Assembly: GCA_902622845.1 (NCBI GenBank)
Contig: CACNRI010000001.1
Location: forward strand, 364,678-428,677
Source: an uncultured SAR86 cluster bacterium
GTDB lineage: Bacteria; Pseudomonadota; Gammaproteobacteria; Magnimaribacterales; D2472
Length of the DNA stretch: 64,000 bases
Reading direction: 5' to 3'
The translations under genes were made by a program, and so were the position numbers. Shown here piece after piece: positions 49,103 through 59,785 of the stretch; the first letter of the stretch is position 1; every line of letters starts with the position of its first letter. Under the pieces are notes generated by a model, which saw nothing but the letters and a program-made list of their open reading frames with translations, did no database searches and had not been told where the DNA came from.

Positions 49103-50174
49103 AGTAAAAGATCTAAGAGATAAAATAGATGAAATCGATCTCAAAATACTTGATTTAATTCAATCAAGAGCTATTCATGCTTCTAAAATAGGCGAAATTA
49201 AAAAAGAATCTCCCGATTTCGACGGGATCTTTTATAAACCAGAAAGAGAAAAAGAAATAATTGATAGGTTGACTAAGAAAAATAGCGAGCCTCTAGGAAT
49301 TAAAAACGTAAAAAATATTTTTAAAGAAATTATTTCTGCGTGTCTTTCGATTGAAGGCGAACTATCAATATCATATTTAGGTCCTGAGGGGAGTTTTTCA
49401 GATTCCGCTAAAAAAGATCATTTTGGAAGTTCTGTTACTTCACAGTCAGAAAGTACAATTGAGGGAATTTTCAAGAGTGTCGAGATGGGAACTACAAATT
49501 TTGGCATAGTTCCTTTCGAGAACTCCTCTCAAGGAGTAATAAACACAACTCTAAATTGCTTATCCGACTTCAATATCCAAATTTGTGGAGAGACAATCGT
49601 TAACATTGAGCATCATCTTGCCGCTAAAAAAGATATTGAAATTTCCCAAATCAAGAAAGTAGTTTCTCACCCGCAAGCTCTTGGACAGTGTTCAAAGTGG
49701 ATTAGTAAAAATTTTAGAGATATTAACCAAGTTCCAATGAACAGTACAGCTGAAGCAGCAAAGTTTGCTAGCAATAACGATAACTGTGTTGCGATTGTCA
49801 GTGATTTAGCTATCGAAAAATATCAATTACATTGTATTGCAAGGTCAATCCAAGATTTTAGAGATAATCAAACTAGATTTCTTGTAATAGGGAATTTTGA
49901 ACCAGAAGTTGCAGAAAAAAATAAATCTAGTTTTTTGATTAGAACTGAAAATAAACCCGGAGCGCTTTTACAAATATTAAAGCCATTTAATGAATACAAC
50001 ATAAATCTTTTTAGGATTGAAACTAGGCCCTCAAGATCTGATAGAGGCTCTCATGATTTCTTTATTGATAGTGAAGGACATATCGATGAAAAACAAATGC
50101 AACGAGTTATAAATAAAGTAAAAGATGTGAGCAGTTTTGTAAAAGTTCTCGGATCATACCCCATGCATTCATGA
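49092..50174 (+). CDS. pheA: chorismate mutase / prephenate dehydratase (P-protein)
   Basis: A chorismate mutase helix (LRDKIDEIDLKILDLIQSRA), a prephenate dehydratase domain and an ACT domain (TRFLVIG, ESRPS-like IETRPSR). I prefer the start at MENKV (49092) over the track start 49065. Confidence 0.9.
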   Translation: MENKVKDLRDKIDEIDLKILDLIQSRAIHASKIGEIKKESPDFDGIFYKPEREKEIIDRLTKKNSEPLGIKNVKNIFKEIISACLSIEGELSISYLGPEGSFSDSAKKDHFGSSVTSQSESTIEGIFKSVEMGTTNFGIVPFENSSQGVINTTLNCLSDFNIQICGETIVNIEHHLAAKKDIEISQIKKVVSHPQALGQCSKWISKNFRDINQVPMNSTAEAAKFASNNDNCVAIVSDLAIEKYQLHCIARSIQDFRDNQTRFLVIGNFEPEVAEKNKSSFLIRTENKPGALLQILKPFNEYNINLFRIETRPSRSDRGSHDFFIDSEGHIDEKQMQRVINKVKDVSSFVKVLGSYPMHS

Positions 50175-50998
50175 AAAGTATTTTAATTTTAGGTTTAGGT
50201 TTAATTGGTGGTTCACTTGCAAAAGCCATAAAAGAGAGTGAGCTTGAATATCGTATCCATGCTTATGATCCAAATCAATTAAGTCTTAAAAATGCATTAA
50301 ATGATAAATCAATTGATGAAGCCATTCATCAAATAGAGACAATACTCCAAATAGAAGATCTGTCATTGATCATGCTTTGTACATCTATTGATAAAACAAT
50401 TGAAAACTTAAAATTTTTGAAAGCTATAGACGAAAAAACCCTTTTTGTATCTCTAGCAAGCTCCATATCCTCAATAAATAACTTTGTCGAATCAGAGGGC
50501 ATTCAAAATATTATATTTACGCACCCAATTTCGGGCTCACATAAATCAGGTTATGAAAATGCGTCCCCAAATTTGTTTAATCAAAAAAATGTCATAAGAG
50601 TTAATGTAAACGATCTTCAAGAAAATCAGACTCATGAAATAGAAAAGATTTGGTCTTCTATTGGATCAAATATTATCAATATGTCACTTGATGATCATGA
50701 AAGATTTTTAATGTTTACTAGTCATTTACCGCATTTAATTGCATACACAACAATGCTTTCAATAGATGATGAGGTGGATATTTCTAAATATTCAGCTGGA
50801 GGTTTAAAAGAATTCTTGAGAATTGCAGAATCTAATCCTGATCTATGGGCAGATATTTTTTCATCAAATTCAAAAAATTTAAAAGTTGGCTCAGAAATCT
50901 TCATAAAAAACCTGTATAGAATGATTGATTTATTTAAAGACCCTGAAACTCTCAAAGAATTACTAGTTGAAATAAGAAACAAAAAACAAAAATTGTGA
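50171..50998 (+). CDS. tyrA: prephenate dehydrogenase
   Basis: 275-aa ORF with the Rossmann motif ILGLGLIGGSLAKA and the catalytic His region (THPISGSHKSG, SHLPHLIA). It has 4-nt overlaps on both sides. Confidence 0.85.
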   Translation: MKSILILGLGLIGGSLAKAIKESELEYRIHAYDPNQLSLKNALNDKSIDEAIHQIETILQIEDLSLIMLCTSIDKTIENLKFLKAIDEKTLFVSLASSISSINNFVESEGIQNIIFTHPISGSHKSGYENASPNLFNQKNVIRVNVNDLQENQTHEIEKIWSSIGSNIINMSLDDHERFLMFTSHLPHLIAYTTMLSIDDEVDISKYSAGGLKEFLRIAESNPDLWADIFSSNSKNLKVGSEIFIKNLYRMIDLFKDPETLKELLVEIRNKKQKL

Positions 50999-52311
50999 AG
51001 GCATCCTCAAGAAGATCGAAAAATTTACAAGGTACAGTTACTTGTCCGGGAGATAAGTCTATTTCACAGAGATCTGTGATAATTGGCTCTTTACTTGACG
51101 AAGATATTAAAATAAGTGGGTTTCTATTTGCTGAAGATCCTTTATCTACCATTGGCGCTTTAAAAAATTTAGGTCATGAAATTGAAATTGACGATGACAT
51201 AGTTTCGGTTAAGAATTCAAGGAAGAATATTTCTGATCAGAAGGTTTCTTGCAATTTAGGTAATTCTGGAACAGGATTTAGATTAATTTCAGGTTTAATT
51301 GCTGGGCAAGAAATAGATGCCGAACTCATAGGCGATGATTCTTTAAGTAAGCGTCCAATGAACAGGATAATAAACCCTTTGAATGAAATGGGTGCCAAGA
51401 TCGAATCAAATAAAGGCTGTGCCCCATTAACTTTTAATAAGAGCCAGCTGGTAAAAGAATTCCAATATAAAATGCCAATTGCTAGCGCTCAACTTAAATC
51501 ATGTCTTCTGTTAGCAGCTATTTCGTCAAACATGAAGTTAACTTTGAATGAGAATAAAGTTACTAGAGACCATACCGAAAGGATGCTTAAATATTTTGGA
51601 GCAAATATTACTTCAAAAAAATATGAAGGCGGGCAATACATCATTCTAGATACCAATAATAAACTCGAAGCAAAAGATTATTCAGTGGTTGGAGATTTTT
51701 CCTCAGCATCATTTTTAATAGTGGCTGCACTAATAACTAAAGATAGTTCAATTACAATTAAGAATGTTGGAATTAACAAGACAAGATTCACATTACTAGA
51801 AATCCTCAAAAAAATGGGCTCTGATATTAATATTAAAAACCGTTCAATTCGTTGTGGTGAAGAGGTGGCAGATATTGAAGTTTCTTCTTCTGCTTTGAAC
51901 GGGATAAGAATTGACGAGGAGTCTATTCCTAAAATTATTGATGAAATTCCAATTTTGTCTATTGCGGCAAGCTTTGCTGAGGGTGAAACATCTATAACTG
52001 GCGCTGGTGAGTTGAGATTTAAAGAATCTGATAGGCTTATGGCTATTGAAGAGGGATTAAATAAGTTGGGCGTAAGTTATAAATCTTCAGATGACAGTAT
52101 TGTAATTATGGGAAATAGAGATCTAAATATCTCAAAAGAAGTCAATATTGACTCTTTTGGTGATCACAGAATCGCTATGAGTTTTTTAATTGCTGGATTA
52201 AGATTTGATTCAGAGGTGCATGTAAATGATTGCAAAAATATTGATACATCCTTTCCAAGCTTTTTTGAAACCTTTTCGTCTTTAGGAGCAGACATAAAAA
52301 AACATGAATAA
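50995..52311 (+). CDS. aroA: 3-phosphoshikimate 1-carboxyvinyltransferase (EPSP synthase)
   Basis: 438-aa ORF with a GTG start. It has EPSP synthase motifs (PGDKSISQR, LGNSGTGFRL, RPMNRI, KESDRL, DHRIAMSF). Confidence 0.93.
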   Translation: MKASSRRSKNLQGTVTCPGDKSISQRSVIIGSLLDEDIKISGFLFAEDPLSTIGALKNLGHEIEIDDDIVSVKNSRKNISDQKVSCNLGNSGTGFRLISGLIAGQEIDAELIGDDSLSKRPMNRIINPLNEMGAKIESNKGCAPLTFNKSQLVKEFQYKMPIASAQLKSCLLLAAISSNMKLTLNENKVTRDHTERMLKYFGANITSKKYEGGQYIILDTNNKLEAKDYSVVGDFSSASFLIVAALITKDSSITIKNVGINKTRFTLLEILKKMGSDINIKNRSIRCGEEVADIEVSSSALNGIRIDEESIPKIIDEIPILSIAASFAEGETSITGAGELRFKESDRLMAIEEGLNKLGVSYKSSDDSIVIMGNRDLNISKEVNIDSFGDHRIAMSFLIAGLRFDSEVHVNDCKNIDTSFPSFFETFSSLGADIKKHE

Positions 52312-52957
52312 GGTAATTACCATTGACGGACCTTCAGCATCAGGAAAAGGTACTTTAGCAATTTTATTGGCAGACAGATTAAGCTGGAAAATACTCGATA
52401 GTGGAGCTTTGTATAGGGCTTTTGCATATTTCTCAATAAGCGAAAATGATCAGAGAATAATTGAAGAAAATTTAAGGAAGATCAGCTTTAATATCGCTGA
52501 TAATAGTATTCAAGTTCTATTTGAAAATGAAGATATTTCAGGGTATCTAAGAACTGAAGAGACAGCCATTCAGGCATCAAAAATAAGCTCTTTGTCATCG
52601 ACTAGAGAAATACTTCTTCCAATACAAAGATTCTTTTTAGAAAAAAGTAACCTTATTGCAGATGGTAGAGATATGGGGAGCATAGTTTTCCCTAATGCAA
52701 ATTTAAAATTTTTCCTTGATGCAGATCCTAAAGTGCGAGCAAAAAGAAGGCATTTAGAGTTGCAGAAAAGGGGACAAGAAGTTAATATGCACGACCTAAT
52801 AAACGATATTGTTGAAAGAGATAAAAAAGATAAAACAAGAGAGTTATCTCCTCTGATTAAAACAGAAGATTCTATTTTATTAGATTCTACAAATTTAGAT
52901 CAGAAATCTATCTTAAGCGAGGCTCTTCATCATATTAAAAAAAGGAATATTTTATGA
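52304..52957 (+). CDS. cmk: (d)CMP kinase
   Basis: 217-aa ORF with the P-loop IDGPSASGKGT and the pattern LDSGALYRA ... GRDMGSIVFP. It precedes rpsA as in most Proteobacteria. Confidence 0.93.
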   Translation: MNKVITIDGPSASGKGTLAILLADRLSWKILDSGALYRAFAYFSISENDQRIIEENLRKISFNIADNSIQVLFENEDISGYLRTEETAIQASKISSLSSTREILLPIQRFFLEKSNLIADGRDMGSIVFPNANLKFFLDADPKVRAKRRHLELQKRGQEVNMHDLINDIVERDKKDKTRELSPLIKTEDSILLDSTNLDQKSILSEALHHIKKRNIL

Positions 52958-54261
52958 GTGAATCTTTTGCAGACCTTTTAGATGAAAGCATTGCAAGTCT
53001 TGAAATGCAGCCAGGATCAATAGTATCTGGCGTTGTTTTGGATATAGATAAAAACTGGGTCACAGTTCATGTTGGTCTCAAATCTGAGGGCGTAATCTCA
53101 ATTGATGAATTTAGAACAAATGATGGCCAGTTAAATATTGAGGTTGGTGATCAAATCGAAGTTGCTTTAGAAGCTGTTGAGGACGGTTACGGTGAGACAA
53201 GAATCTCACGAGAGAAGGCAAGAAAAATTTCTACTTGGAAAAATCTTGAACATGCTTTAGAAACTGGTGAATTTGTAACTGGTAAAATATTAAATCGAGT
53301 CAAGGGTGGTTTTGCAGTTGAGGTGGATGTAGTAAAAGCATTCCTACCAGGATCATTAGTAGACACTAGACCACTAAAAGAAGCTCCTAACATTGAAAAT
53401 ACTATTCAAGACTTCAAAGTTATTAAGCTCGATTACAAAAGAAATAATGTTGTTCTGTCAAGAAAAGCTGTACTAGAAGAAGCTAATTCTGCTGAGAAGT
53501 TAGAGTTGCTTAAAAATTTAGAAGAGGGACAAATAGTTAAAGGAATAGTTAAAAATATCACTGACTATGGTGCATTTATTGATCTCGGCGGACTCGATGG
53601 ATTATTGCATATAACTGATATTTCCTGGTCTAGAGTCATCAATCCCGCAGATTCACTAAATTTAGGAGAAGAGATCGAAGTAAAAGTATTGAGCTTTGAT
53701 AAAGAAAAATTAAGAGTATCTCTTGGTTTAAAACAAATACAAAATGATCCTTGGGAAGAAATTGATTCCAAATATAGTTCGGGTGGTATTTATGAGGCAG
53801 TGGTTAGCAATGTTACAGATTATGGTTGCTTTGCAGAGCTTGAACAAGGCATTGAGGGCTTGATTCACTTATCAGAGCTAGACTGGACTTCAAAAAATAT
53901 TCATCCTTCAAAAGTTGTTTCTCAAGATGAAAAAATTAAAGTAATGATTTTAGAAATTGATAGAGAAAAAAGAAGAATATCTTTAGGGTTAAAGCAAACC
54001 AAGCCAAATCCTTGGGTTGAGTTTGATAATAAATATAATCTTGGTGACAATGTTGAGGGCGAAATAAAATCTATAACTGATTTTGGTATTTTTGTTGGTC
54101 TTGAGGGCAACATAGATGGATTAATTCATCTTTCAGATATTTCTGAGGAAGAGAATGCCAAAGAAGCTTTAGAAAAATTCTCAAAAGGCGACAAAATTAC
54201 ATGTGTTATTTTTGGAATTGATTCTGATAGAGAGAGAATTTCTCTTAAATTGAGTGAATAA
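52954..54261 (+). CDS. rpsA: 30S ribosomal protein S1 (five S1 domains)
   Basis: 435-aa ORF colinear with E. coli S1 domains 1-5 (GSIVSGVV.., GFAVEVD.., GAFIDLGG.., GCFAELEQ.., GIFVGLEG..). It ends where domain 6 would start. Confidence 0.93.
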   Translation: MSESFADLLDESIASLEMQPGSIVSGVVLDIDKNWVTVHVGLKSEGVISIDEFRTNDGQLNIEVGDQIEVALEAVEDGYGETRISREKARKISTWKNLEHALETGEFVTGKILNRVKGGFAVEVDVVKAFLPGSLVDTRPLKEAPNIENTIQDFKVIKLDYKRNNVVLSRKAVLEEANSAEKLELLKNLEEGQIVKGIVKNITDYGAFIDLGGLDGLLHITDISWSRVINPADSLNLGEEIEVKVLSFDKEKLRVSLGLKQIQNDPWEEIDSKYSSGGIYEAVVSNVTDYGCFAELEQGIEGLIHLSELDWTSKNIHPSKVVSQDEKIKVMILEIDREKRRISLGLKQTKPNPWVEFDNKYNLGDNVEGEIKSITDFGIFVGLEGNIDGLIHLSDISEEENAKEALEKFSKGDKITCVIFGIDSDRERISLKLSE

Positions 54262-54547
54262 GAAATCAAATAAGCTTAATAGATCCGATATAGAAGCATA
54301 TATTCAAAAACAACTTCCTCATATTTCCAACAGCCAAATAAAGCTTTCAATAGATCTTATTATTAATCAAGTAGTTGAAGCTGTTGCCATGGATGAAAAA
54401 GTAGAGATAAGAGGATTTGGAACATTCTCTAAGAAGCATGTAAGACCTAGAAAATTTGTAAATCCTAAGACAAAAGAGGTTTCATATCTTGGAGAGACCG
54501 AAACTATACATTTTAAACCCTCTAAAAAGTTGACAAAGATTTTATGA
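54254..54547 (+). CDS. ihfB: integration host factor subunit beta
   Basis: 97-aa ORF with a GTG start overlapping rpsA by 8 nt. It has the HU/IHF fold signature (VEIRGFGTFSKKHVRPRKFVNPKTKE, HFKPSKKL). It lies in the conserved rpsA-ihfB order. Confidence 0.85.
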   Translation: MNKKSNKLNRSDIEAYIQKQLPHISNSQIKLSIDLIINQVVEAVAMDEKVEIRGFGTFSKKHVRPRKFVNPKTKEVSYLGETETIHFKPSKKLTKIL

Positions 54548-55194
54548 ATAAGAAATTAATAGTTGCTCTTGATTTTGACAGTGCTGAGTTAGCAATAAAT
54601 TTCTTAGAAAATTTAGACCCGCAAAAGTGCTTAGTAAAAGTTGGATTGGAGCTTTTTATCTCTGAAGGATGGAAAGTATTAGACTTAATCTCAGAAAAAG
54701 GATTCGAAATCTTTCTTGATCTTAAACTACATGATATTCCGAATACAGTGGCAAATTCTGTTAGAAAGATTTCCAATTTTAATGTTTCTCTTACTACTAT
54801 TCATCTCAATGGCGGAAAAGATATGATTGAAGCAGCCTCTTCAGAAAAAGGGAATATAAAAATTCTTGGAGTTAGCATACTTACAAGTCTGTCCGAGAAT
54901 GATATTTTTGAAATAACTCATACAGAATTCGATACTTATTTTAATAATTTAATATCTATTGCTTCTAATACGAATATAGATGGAGTAGTCTGTTCTCCAA
55001 ATGAACTTAGCAAACTGAAGAATTTCAAAAAGCTTAAGGTTGTTCCTGGTATAAGAAATGATATTTCAGATGATGACCAGAAAAGAGTAATGAGTTCTTT
55101 TGAAGCCTATCAAAAGGGCGCTGATTTTATTGTTGTTGGAAGACCTATAACTAAATCAGAGGATCCAAGAAAAGCCTTGGAGCTTTTCTTATGA
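54544..55194 (+). CDS. pyrF: orotidine-5'-phosphate decarboxylase
   Basis: 216-aa ORF with the active-site motifs LIVALDF and FLDLKLHDIPNTV. Confidence 0.9.
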   Translation: MNKKLIVALDFDSAELAINFLENLDPQKCLVKVGLELFISEGWKVLDLISEKGFEIFLDLKLHDIPNTVANSVRKISNFNVSLTTIHLNGGKDMIEAASSEKGNIKILGVSILTSLSENDIFEITHTEFDTYFNNLISIASNTNIDGVVCSPNELSKLKNFKKLKVVPGIRNDISDDDQKRVMSSFEAYQKGADFIVVGRPITKSEDPRKALELFL

Positions 55195-56507
55195 AATTTA
55201 ACTCATTTATTGAAAGCTTAAAAGTTATAGCTGACTCTCAATTTAGCGACAATAAATTATCTACTGATGTAATTTCTATAGATCAGATTTCTCATCCTAT
55301 CAATAATGACAGAAGGGAGTTATTTTATAAATATGCTGAAGCAAAGCAAGTAATTCAAAAATTTAATAATATTGTTATTGGAGAAATAGGTAACTTTACG
55401 GAAAAAAAATCAGTAACTCATTTTGAATATAAAAAAGGAACCAAAAAAAAATTCTTAGAAGATCAGATGCAAATCTTATCTTTAGCAGACAAAATCAAAA
55501 GGAATTTTAAAAGAGTTATTATCTTTAGTATTGGCGGATCAAATCTTGGACCTGCACTGATGAATGATATTTTTAACAAGCATGATTTAGAAATTATCTT
55601 TATAACAGGAAGCGACCCTGATGAATATTCTGATATTCAAATACAAGATGATGATGCTCTTGTTATATCTTCAAAGTCTTTTGGGACATTAGAAACGCTT
55701 TCATCATATAATGAGGTTTGCGGTAATGATTTTTACCAAAAGACTTTTGCAATAACGGCAAACAAATCTAAAGCCTTAGATTTTGGTGTTTATGAAGAAA
55801 ATATAGTTTCTTTTGACTCCTCAACAGGAGGAAGATTCTCAATCTGGAGTCCTATTAATCTAGTTTTATGTTTATTAGATGGAGAGAAAGGATATAAAGA
55901 TTTTTTACAAGGCGGCAAGAAAATGGATGATGCATGCTCTAAAAGTCCAGAAGATAATCCAGCTTTCCAGCTTTCAGTTCAAGATATTATTTATAATAAC
56001 TTATTAAATGTAGAAACAACTCTTGTGGTTAACTATGACTACAAGCTAAGAAATTTTATAAGTTATGCTCAACAGGTTGAAATGGAATCAAACGGAAAAA
56101 GTATTGATTCAAACAACAATAAAGTTGATTATCAAACAGGATCAATTATTTGGGGTGGTTATGGCCCTGAATCGCAACACTCATTCTTCCAACATGTGTT
56201 TCAGGGAACAAAGCAATCAAATAAATATTTTATTTGCTCTAAGTCTAATAAACTTAATTACAAGCAGATGACTGCCCAAATTGAATCCTTAGTTCAAGGG
56301 AATGAAAAAGAAACAGATATCCATAAAAAAACAAACATTTCTGGCGCTACCAAGATTGAGCTAAAAGATTTATCTCCCTATTCAATAGGGCAGCTATTGT
56401 CCCTATGGGAAAATAAAACTATCTTTAATAGCATTTTTTGGAATACAAATGCATTTGACCAATGGGGTGTCGAATTAGGTAAAATTAATACCAAAAAGCA
56501 ATTGTAA
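55191..56507 (+). CDS. pgi: glucose-6-phosphate isomerase (short form)
   Basis: 438-aa ORF with PGI motifs (FSIGGSNLGP, GGRFSIWS, MESNGK, GPESQHSFFQ, DQWGVELGK). Confidence 0.8.
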   Translation: MKFNSFIESLKVIADSQFSDNKLSTDVISIDQISHPINNDRRELFYKYAEAKQVIQKFNNIVIGEIGNFTEKKSVTHFEYKKGTKKKFLEDQMQILSLADKIKRNFKRVIIFSIGGSNLGPALMNDIFNKHDLEIIFITGSDPDEYSDIQIQDDDALVISSKSFGTLETLSSYNEVCGNDFYQKTFAITANKSKALDFGVYEENIVSFDSSTGGRFSIWSPINLVLCLLDGEKGYKDFLQGGKKMDDACSKSPEDNPAFQLSVQDIIYNNLLNVETTLVVNYDYKLRNFISYAQQVEMESNGKSIDSNNNKVDYQTGSIIWGGYGPESQHSFFQHVFQGTKQSNKYFICSKSNKLNYKQMTAQIESLVQGNEKETDIHKKTNISGATKIELKDLSPYSIGQLLSLWENKTIFNSIFWNTNAFDQWGVELGKINTKKQL

Positions 56508-56510
56508 GAT

Positions 56511-58283
56511 TTGAAAGATAAAATTAAAAATATTCCTGAATCGCCAGGCGTTTATAAGTTCTTTTCTAAAAAAGAAATAATCTATATCGGCAAAGCAAAA
56601 AATCTTAAAAAAAGGACTTCATCCTATTTTGGAAAGTCTCTCAAGGATAGAAAAACAAATCAAATACGAAGATTAACAGATCATATTGAAGTTTTTATAA
56701 CTAATAATGAAGTTGAGGCGCTATTGCTTGAGCAAAATCTTATTAAAGAAAATAAGCCAAAGTTTAATATTCTTTTAAGAGATGATAAAACATATCCATA
56801 TATATTTTTTTCTCTTGATCAAGAATTTCCAGGGATTTATCTCAAAAGAACGAAAGGCTCCGTTAACAAAAACTATATCGGCCCATTCATAAGTTCCCAG
56901 GCTGTAAAAAATTCAATAAAAGATATCCAAAAAATATTCAGGATAAGAAATTGCTCTGATACGACCTTTAAATCGAGGACTAGGCCATGTATTGAATTTC
57001 AGATGAAAAGATGTAGTGCGCCTTGTACTAAAAATATAAAAAAAGAAGAATATATGGAGGATGTCGAAAAGTCTAAAGACTATCTTACATCTTCAAAAAG
57101 AAACTTAGTTTCTAATTTAAAAAAAGCTATGAAAAAAGCTTCTGATGAACTTAACTATGAAAAAGCAGCAGATATTAGAAATAGAATTAATCAAGTTGAA
57201 GTCATTAATGAAAAACAAGCTATAACCCCAAATGGGATAGATGCAGATATTTTCTCAGTCGAAAAAGTAAATAACTATGCTGGGATATGCATAGTGACCA
57301 TAAGAGATGGGAAAATACGAGGAACAAAAACTCATTTAGTTAAAGATGCTTTTCTTGAAACTACAAATAATCTTTATGAGTTAGCAGTTTTTAATTTTTA
57401 CTCAAGTAAAGCAAATTTACCAAAGAAAATATTCTTCACATCACCTCTAGACGATCTCATTCTTATAAAAAAATGTATTAGAGATAATATTTCTGACAAA
57501 ATAGTATTCCCAAAAACAAGAAATTCTTTTATCAAGCCTATAGTTTCACTTGCAAAAAATAATGCTGCTCAAATAATCAAAAATCATCTAAGTAAAAAAG
57601 AAAAATATGCTTTTGCATATAAAGAACTTTCTGAGAAGCTTGGAGTGAAGAAAATTGAAAGAATAGATGCATTCGATATAAGTCATCAGTATATGCAGCA
57701 AGGAGTTGGATCATGCGTAGTTTTTGCAGAGAGCGGAGCTTCAAAAAAAGATTATAGATTATTCAATATTCCAAATGATATTGCTGGGAATGATGTTGCG
57801 TCGATGGAGCATGTAATTTCAAGGAGATTAAAATATTATGATGACCACAAACCTGACTTGATCTTAATTGATGGCGGAAGGACTCAATTAAATTTCACAA
57901 ATAAAATACTCAAGAAATTTGGTATGGAGAAAATTATTGTTTTAGGGATTGCAAAGGGTCAGGGCAGGGTAAGAGCCACTGAAACAATTTATACGAATAA
58001 GGGGATTATGGAAATAGATCCTCATTCAGAATCTTTTAAGGTTTTAAGTGAGTTAAGAGATGAATCCCATAGATTTGCAATTACTGCATCAAGAAAAAAA
58101 ATACGCAAAACAAATAAATATTCTGCATTGGATACAGTTAAAGGTATAGGCCCAGTAACTAAAAAAGCTTTACTAAAAAAGTTTAAGAGTTTAAAAGGTA
58201 TAAAAGAAGCTTCAAAGTCCGATTTAATGACTATCAAAAATATAAATGAGACAATGGCATCAGAAATTAAACAAGTACTATGA
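56511..58283 (+). CDS. uvrC: excinuclease ABC subunit C
   Basis: 590-aa ORF with a TTG start. It has a GIY-YIG domain (PGVYKFF...IYIGKAKNLKKR), a UVR domain, an Endo V-like domain and C-terminal HhH motifs. Confidence 0.93.
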   Translation: MKDKIKNIPESPGVYKFFSKKEIIYIGKAKNLKKRTSSYFGKSLKDRKTNQIRRLTDHIEVFITNNEVEALLLEQNLIKENKPKFNILLRDDKTYPYIFFSLDQEFPGIYLKRTKGSVNKNYIGPFISSQAVKNSIKDIQKIFRIRNCSDTTFKSRTRPCIEFQMKRCSAPCTKNIKKEEYMEDVEKSKDYLTSSKRNLVSNLKKAMKKASDELNYEKAADIRNRINQVEVINEKQAITPNGIDADIFSVEKVNNYAGICIVTIRDGKIRGTKTHLVKDAFLETTNNLYELAVFNFYSSKANLPKKIFFTSPLDDLILIKKCIRDNISDKIVFPKTRNSFIKPIVSLAKNNAAQIIKNHLSKKEKYAFAYKELSEKLGVKKIERIDAFDISHQYMQQGVGSCVVFAESGASKKDYRLFNIPNDIAGNDVASMEHVISRRLKYYDDHKPDLILIDGGRTQLNFTNKILKKFGMEKIIVLGIAKGQGRVRATETIYTNKGIMEIDPHSESFKVLSELRDESHRFAITASRKKIRKTNKYSALDTVKGIGPVTKKALLKKFKSLKGIKEASKSDLMTIKNINETMASEIKQVL

Positions 58284-58819
58284 TTGTAAATATCCTAAAT
58301 GCTATAACTCTCTCCAGAATTTTATGCGCAATATTGATTTACTTTTTTTTATTTCTTGAAAGTCATTATTTATTAGCTTTATTATTATTTGGCATTGCCT
58401 CGTTTTCAGACTTTGTTGATGGCTATGTCGCTAGAAAAACTAATAATGAGTCTGTATTAGGAGAAATTTTAGATCCAATAGCTGACAAACTATTAATAGT
58501 CTTTGTTTTAATTGGTTTAAGTATTAACCTTGATAGTTTCTTAATAGGATTTATTTCTGCGGTAATTATTTCTAGGGAGATATGGGTTGCTGCTTTGAGA
58601 GATATAAATGCTAGAAATAATCAATCTGACAAAACAAAAGTAACTTTTTTAGCGAAAACAAAAACCGCAATACAAATGTTTGCCATATTATTATATCTTT
58701 TCGGTCTTACACTAAATAATATGATGGTTCTTTTCTTTGCTGATATCGTCCTCATAATTGCACTATTTGTAACAATTCAAACCGGTTTGCAATATACTAT
58801 TTCAACCTTTAAGAAATGA
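58280..58819 (+). CDS. pgsA: CDP-diacylglycerol--glycerol-3-phosphate 3-phosphatidyltransferase
   Basis: 179-aa ORF with the CDP-alcohol phosphatidyltransferase motif (DFVDGYVARK...GEILDPIADK). It forms the conserved uvrC-pgsA pair. Confidence 0.92.
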   Translation: MIVNILNAITLSRILCAILIYFFLFLESHYLLALLLFGIASFSDFVDGYVARKTNNESVLGEILDPIADKLLIVFVLIGLSINLDSFLIGFISAVIISREIWVAALRDINARNNQSDKTKVTFLAKTKTAIQMFAILLYLFGLTLNNMMVLFFADIVLIIALFVTIQTGLQYTISTFKK

Positions 58820-59784
58820 ATAAAGATAAAGATATAATAGATATAGCTAGGCAAGTAATTGACGATGAAGTTGAAGCCCTTATAGGCTTAAAAAGCTATA
58901 TTGATGAAAACTTTGAAGAAATCATCAATGTTATTTGCGAATGCAATGGTCGCATTATTTTTACTGGAATTGGTAAATCTGGGCACATCAGTAAGAAGAT
59001 TTCTGCAACTCTATCAAGCACTGGCACTAGCTCATTTTTTGTGCATTCTACAGAAGCTTTTCATGGAGATCTTGGAATGATACAGAGTGATGATATTGTA
59101 GTTGCAATAAGCTATTCAGGTGAGACGGAAGATCTTCTCAAGACAATTCCAGTAATAAAAAAATTAGGTTGCTCTGTAATAGGCGTATCTGGAAATAAAG
59201 AATCAACCCTCTCAAAGATTTCTGACTATCATCAATTGATTAAAGTCGAAAAGGAAGCTTGCCCACTTGATCTTGCTCCAACTTCCAGTGCCACAGCCAC
59301 TCTTGTTTGGGGAGATGCATTGGCCATTTCTTTAATGAATAAAAAAGATTTTAGACCTGAAGATTTTGCAAAGTCACATCCTGGAGGCACGCTTGGAAAG
59401 AGATTACTTCTTTCTGCAAAAGATGTAATGGTATCAGGAGATGATATGCCAATTATCAATTGTGATGAGCTTTCAAAGGATGTTATAAAAATTATTTCTG
59501 AAAAGGGTATGGGAGTTACATTTGTAAAAGATCGAGACGACAAAGTTATTGGTTTAATTACTGATGGAGATATAAGAAGAGCCATCGATAAATCTAATTA
59601 TTTTTTTGATATGACAGCAGGAGACTTTATGAGTAAAGACTTTATCTCAGTTACTCCTGATGATTTGGCATCTCAATGTCTGCAGATAATGGGCGAAAAG
59701 AAAATTGGATGTTTGGCAGTCATGCAAGAAAAGAACTTAGTTGGTATTATAAATCAAAAGGATTTAATCAAACTCGGTATATAA
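58816..59784 (+). CDS. kdsD: arabinose-5-phosphate isomerase (KpsF/GutQ/KdsD family)
   Basis: 322-aa ORF with a SIS domain (GIGKSGHISKKISATLSSTGT) followed by tandem CBS domains. Confidence 0.88.
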   Translation: MNKDKDIIDIARQVIDDEVEALIGLKSYIDENFEEIINVICECNGRIIFTGIGKSGHISKKISATLSSTGTSSFFVHSTEAFHGDLGMIQSDDIVVAISYSGETEDLLKTIPVIKKLGCSVIGVSGNKESTLSKISDYHQLIKVEKEACPLDLAPTSSATATLVWGDALAISLMNKKDFRPEDFAKSHPGGTLGKRLLLSAKDVMVSGDDMPIINCDELSKDVIKIISEKGMGVTFVKDRDDKVIGLITDGDIRRAIDKSNYFFDMTAGDFMSKDFISVTPDDLASQCLQIMGEKKIGCLAVMQEKNLVGIINQKDLIKLGI

Positions 59785-59785
59785 A

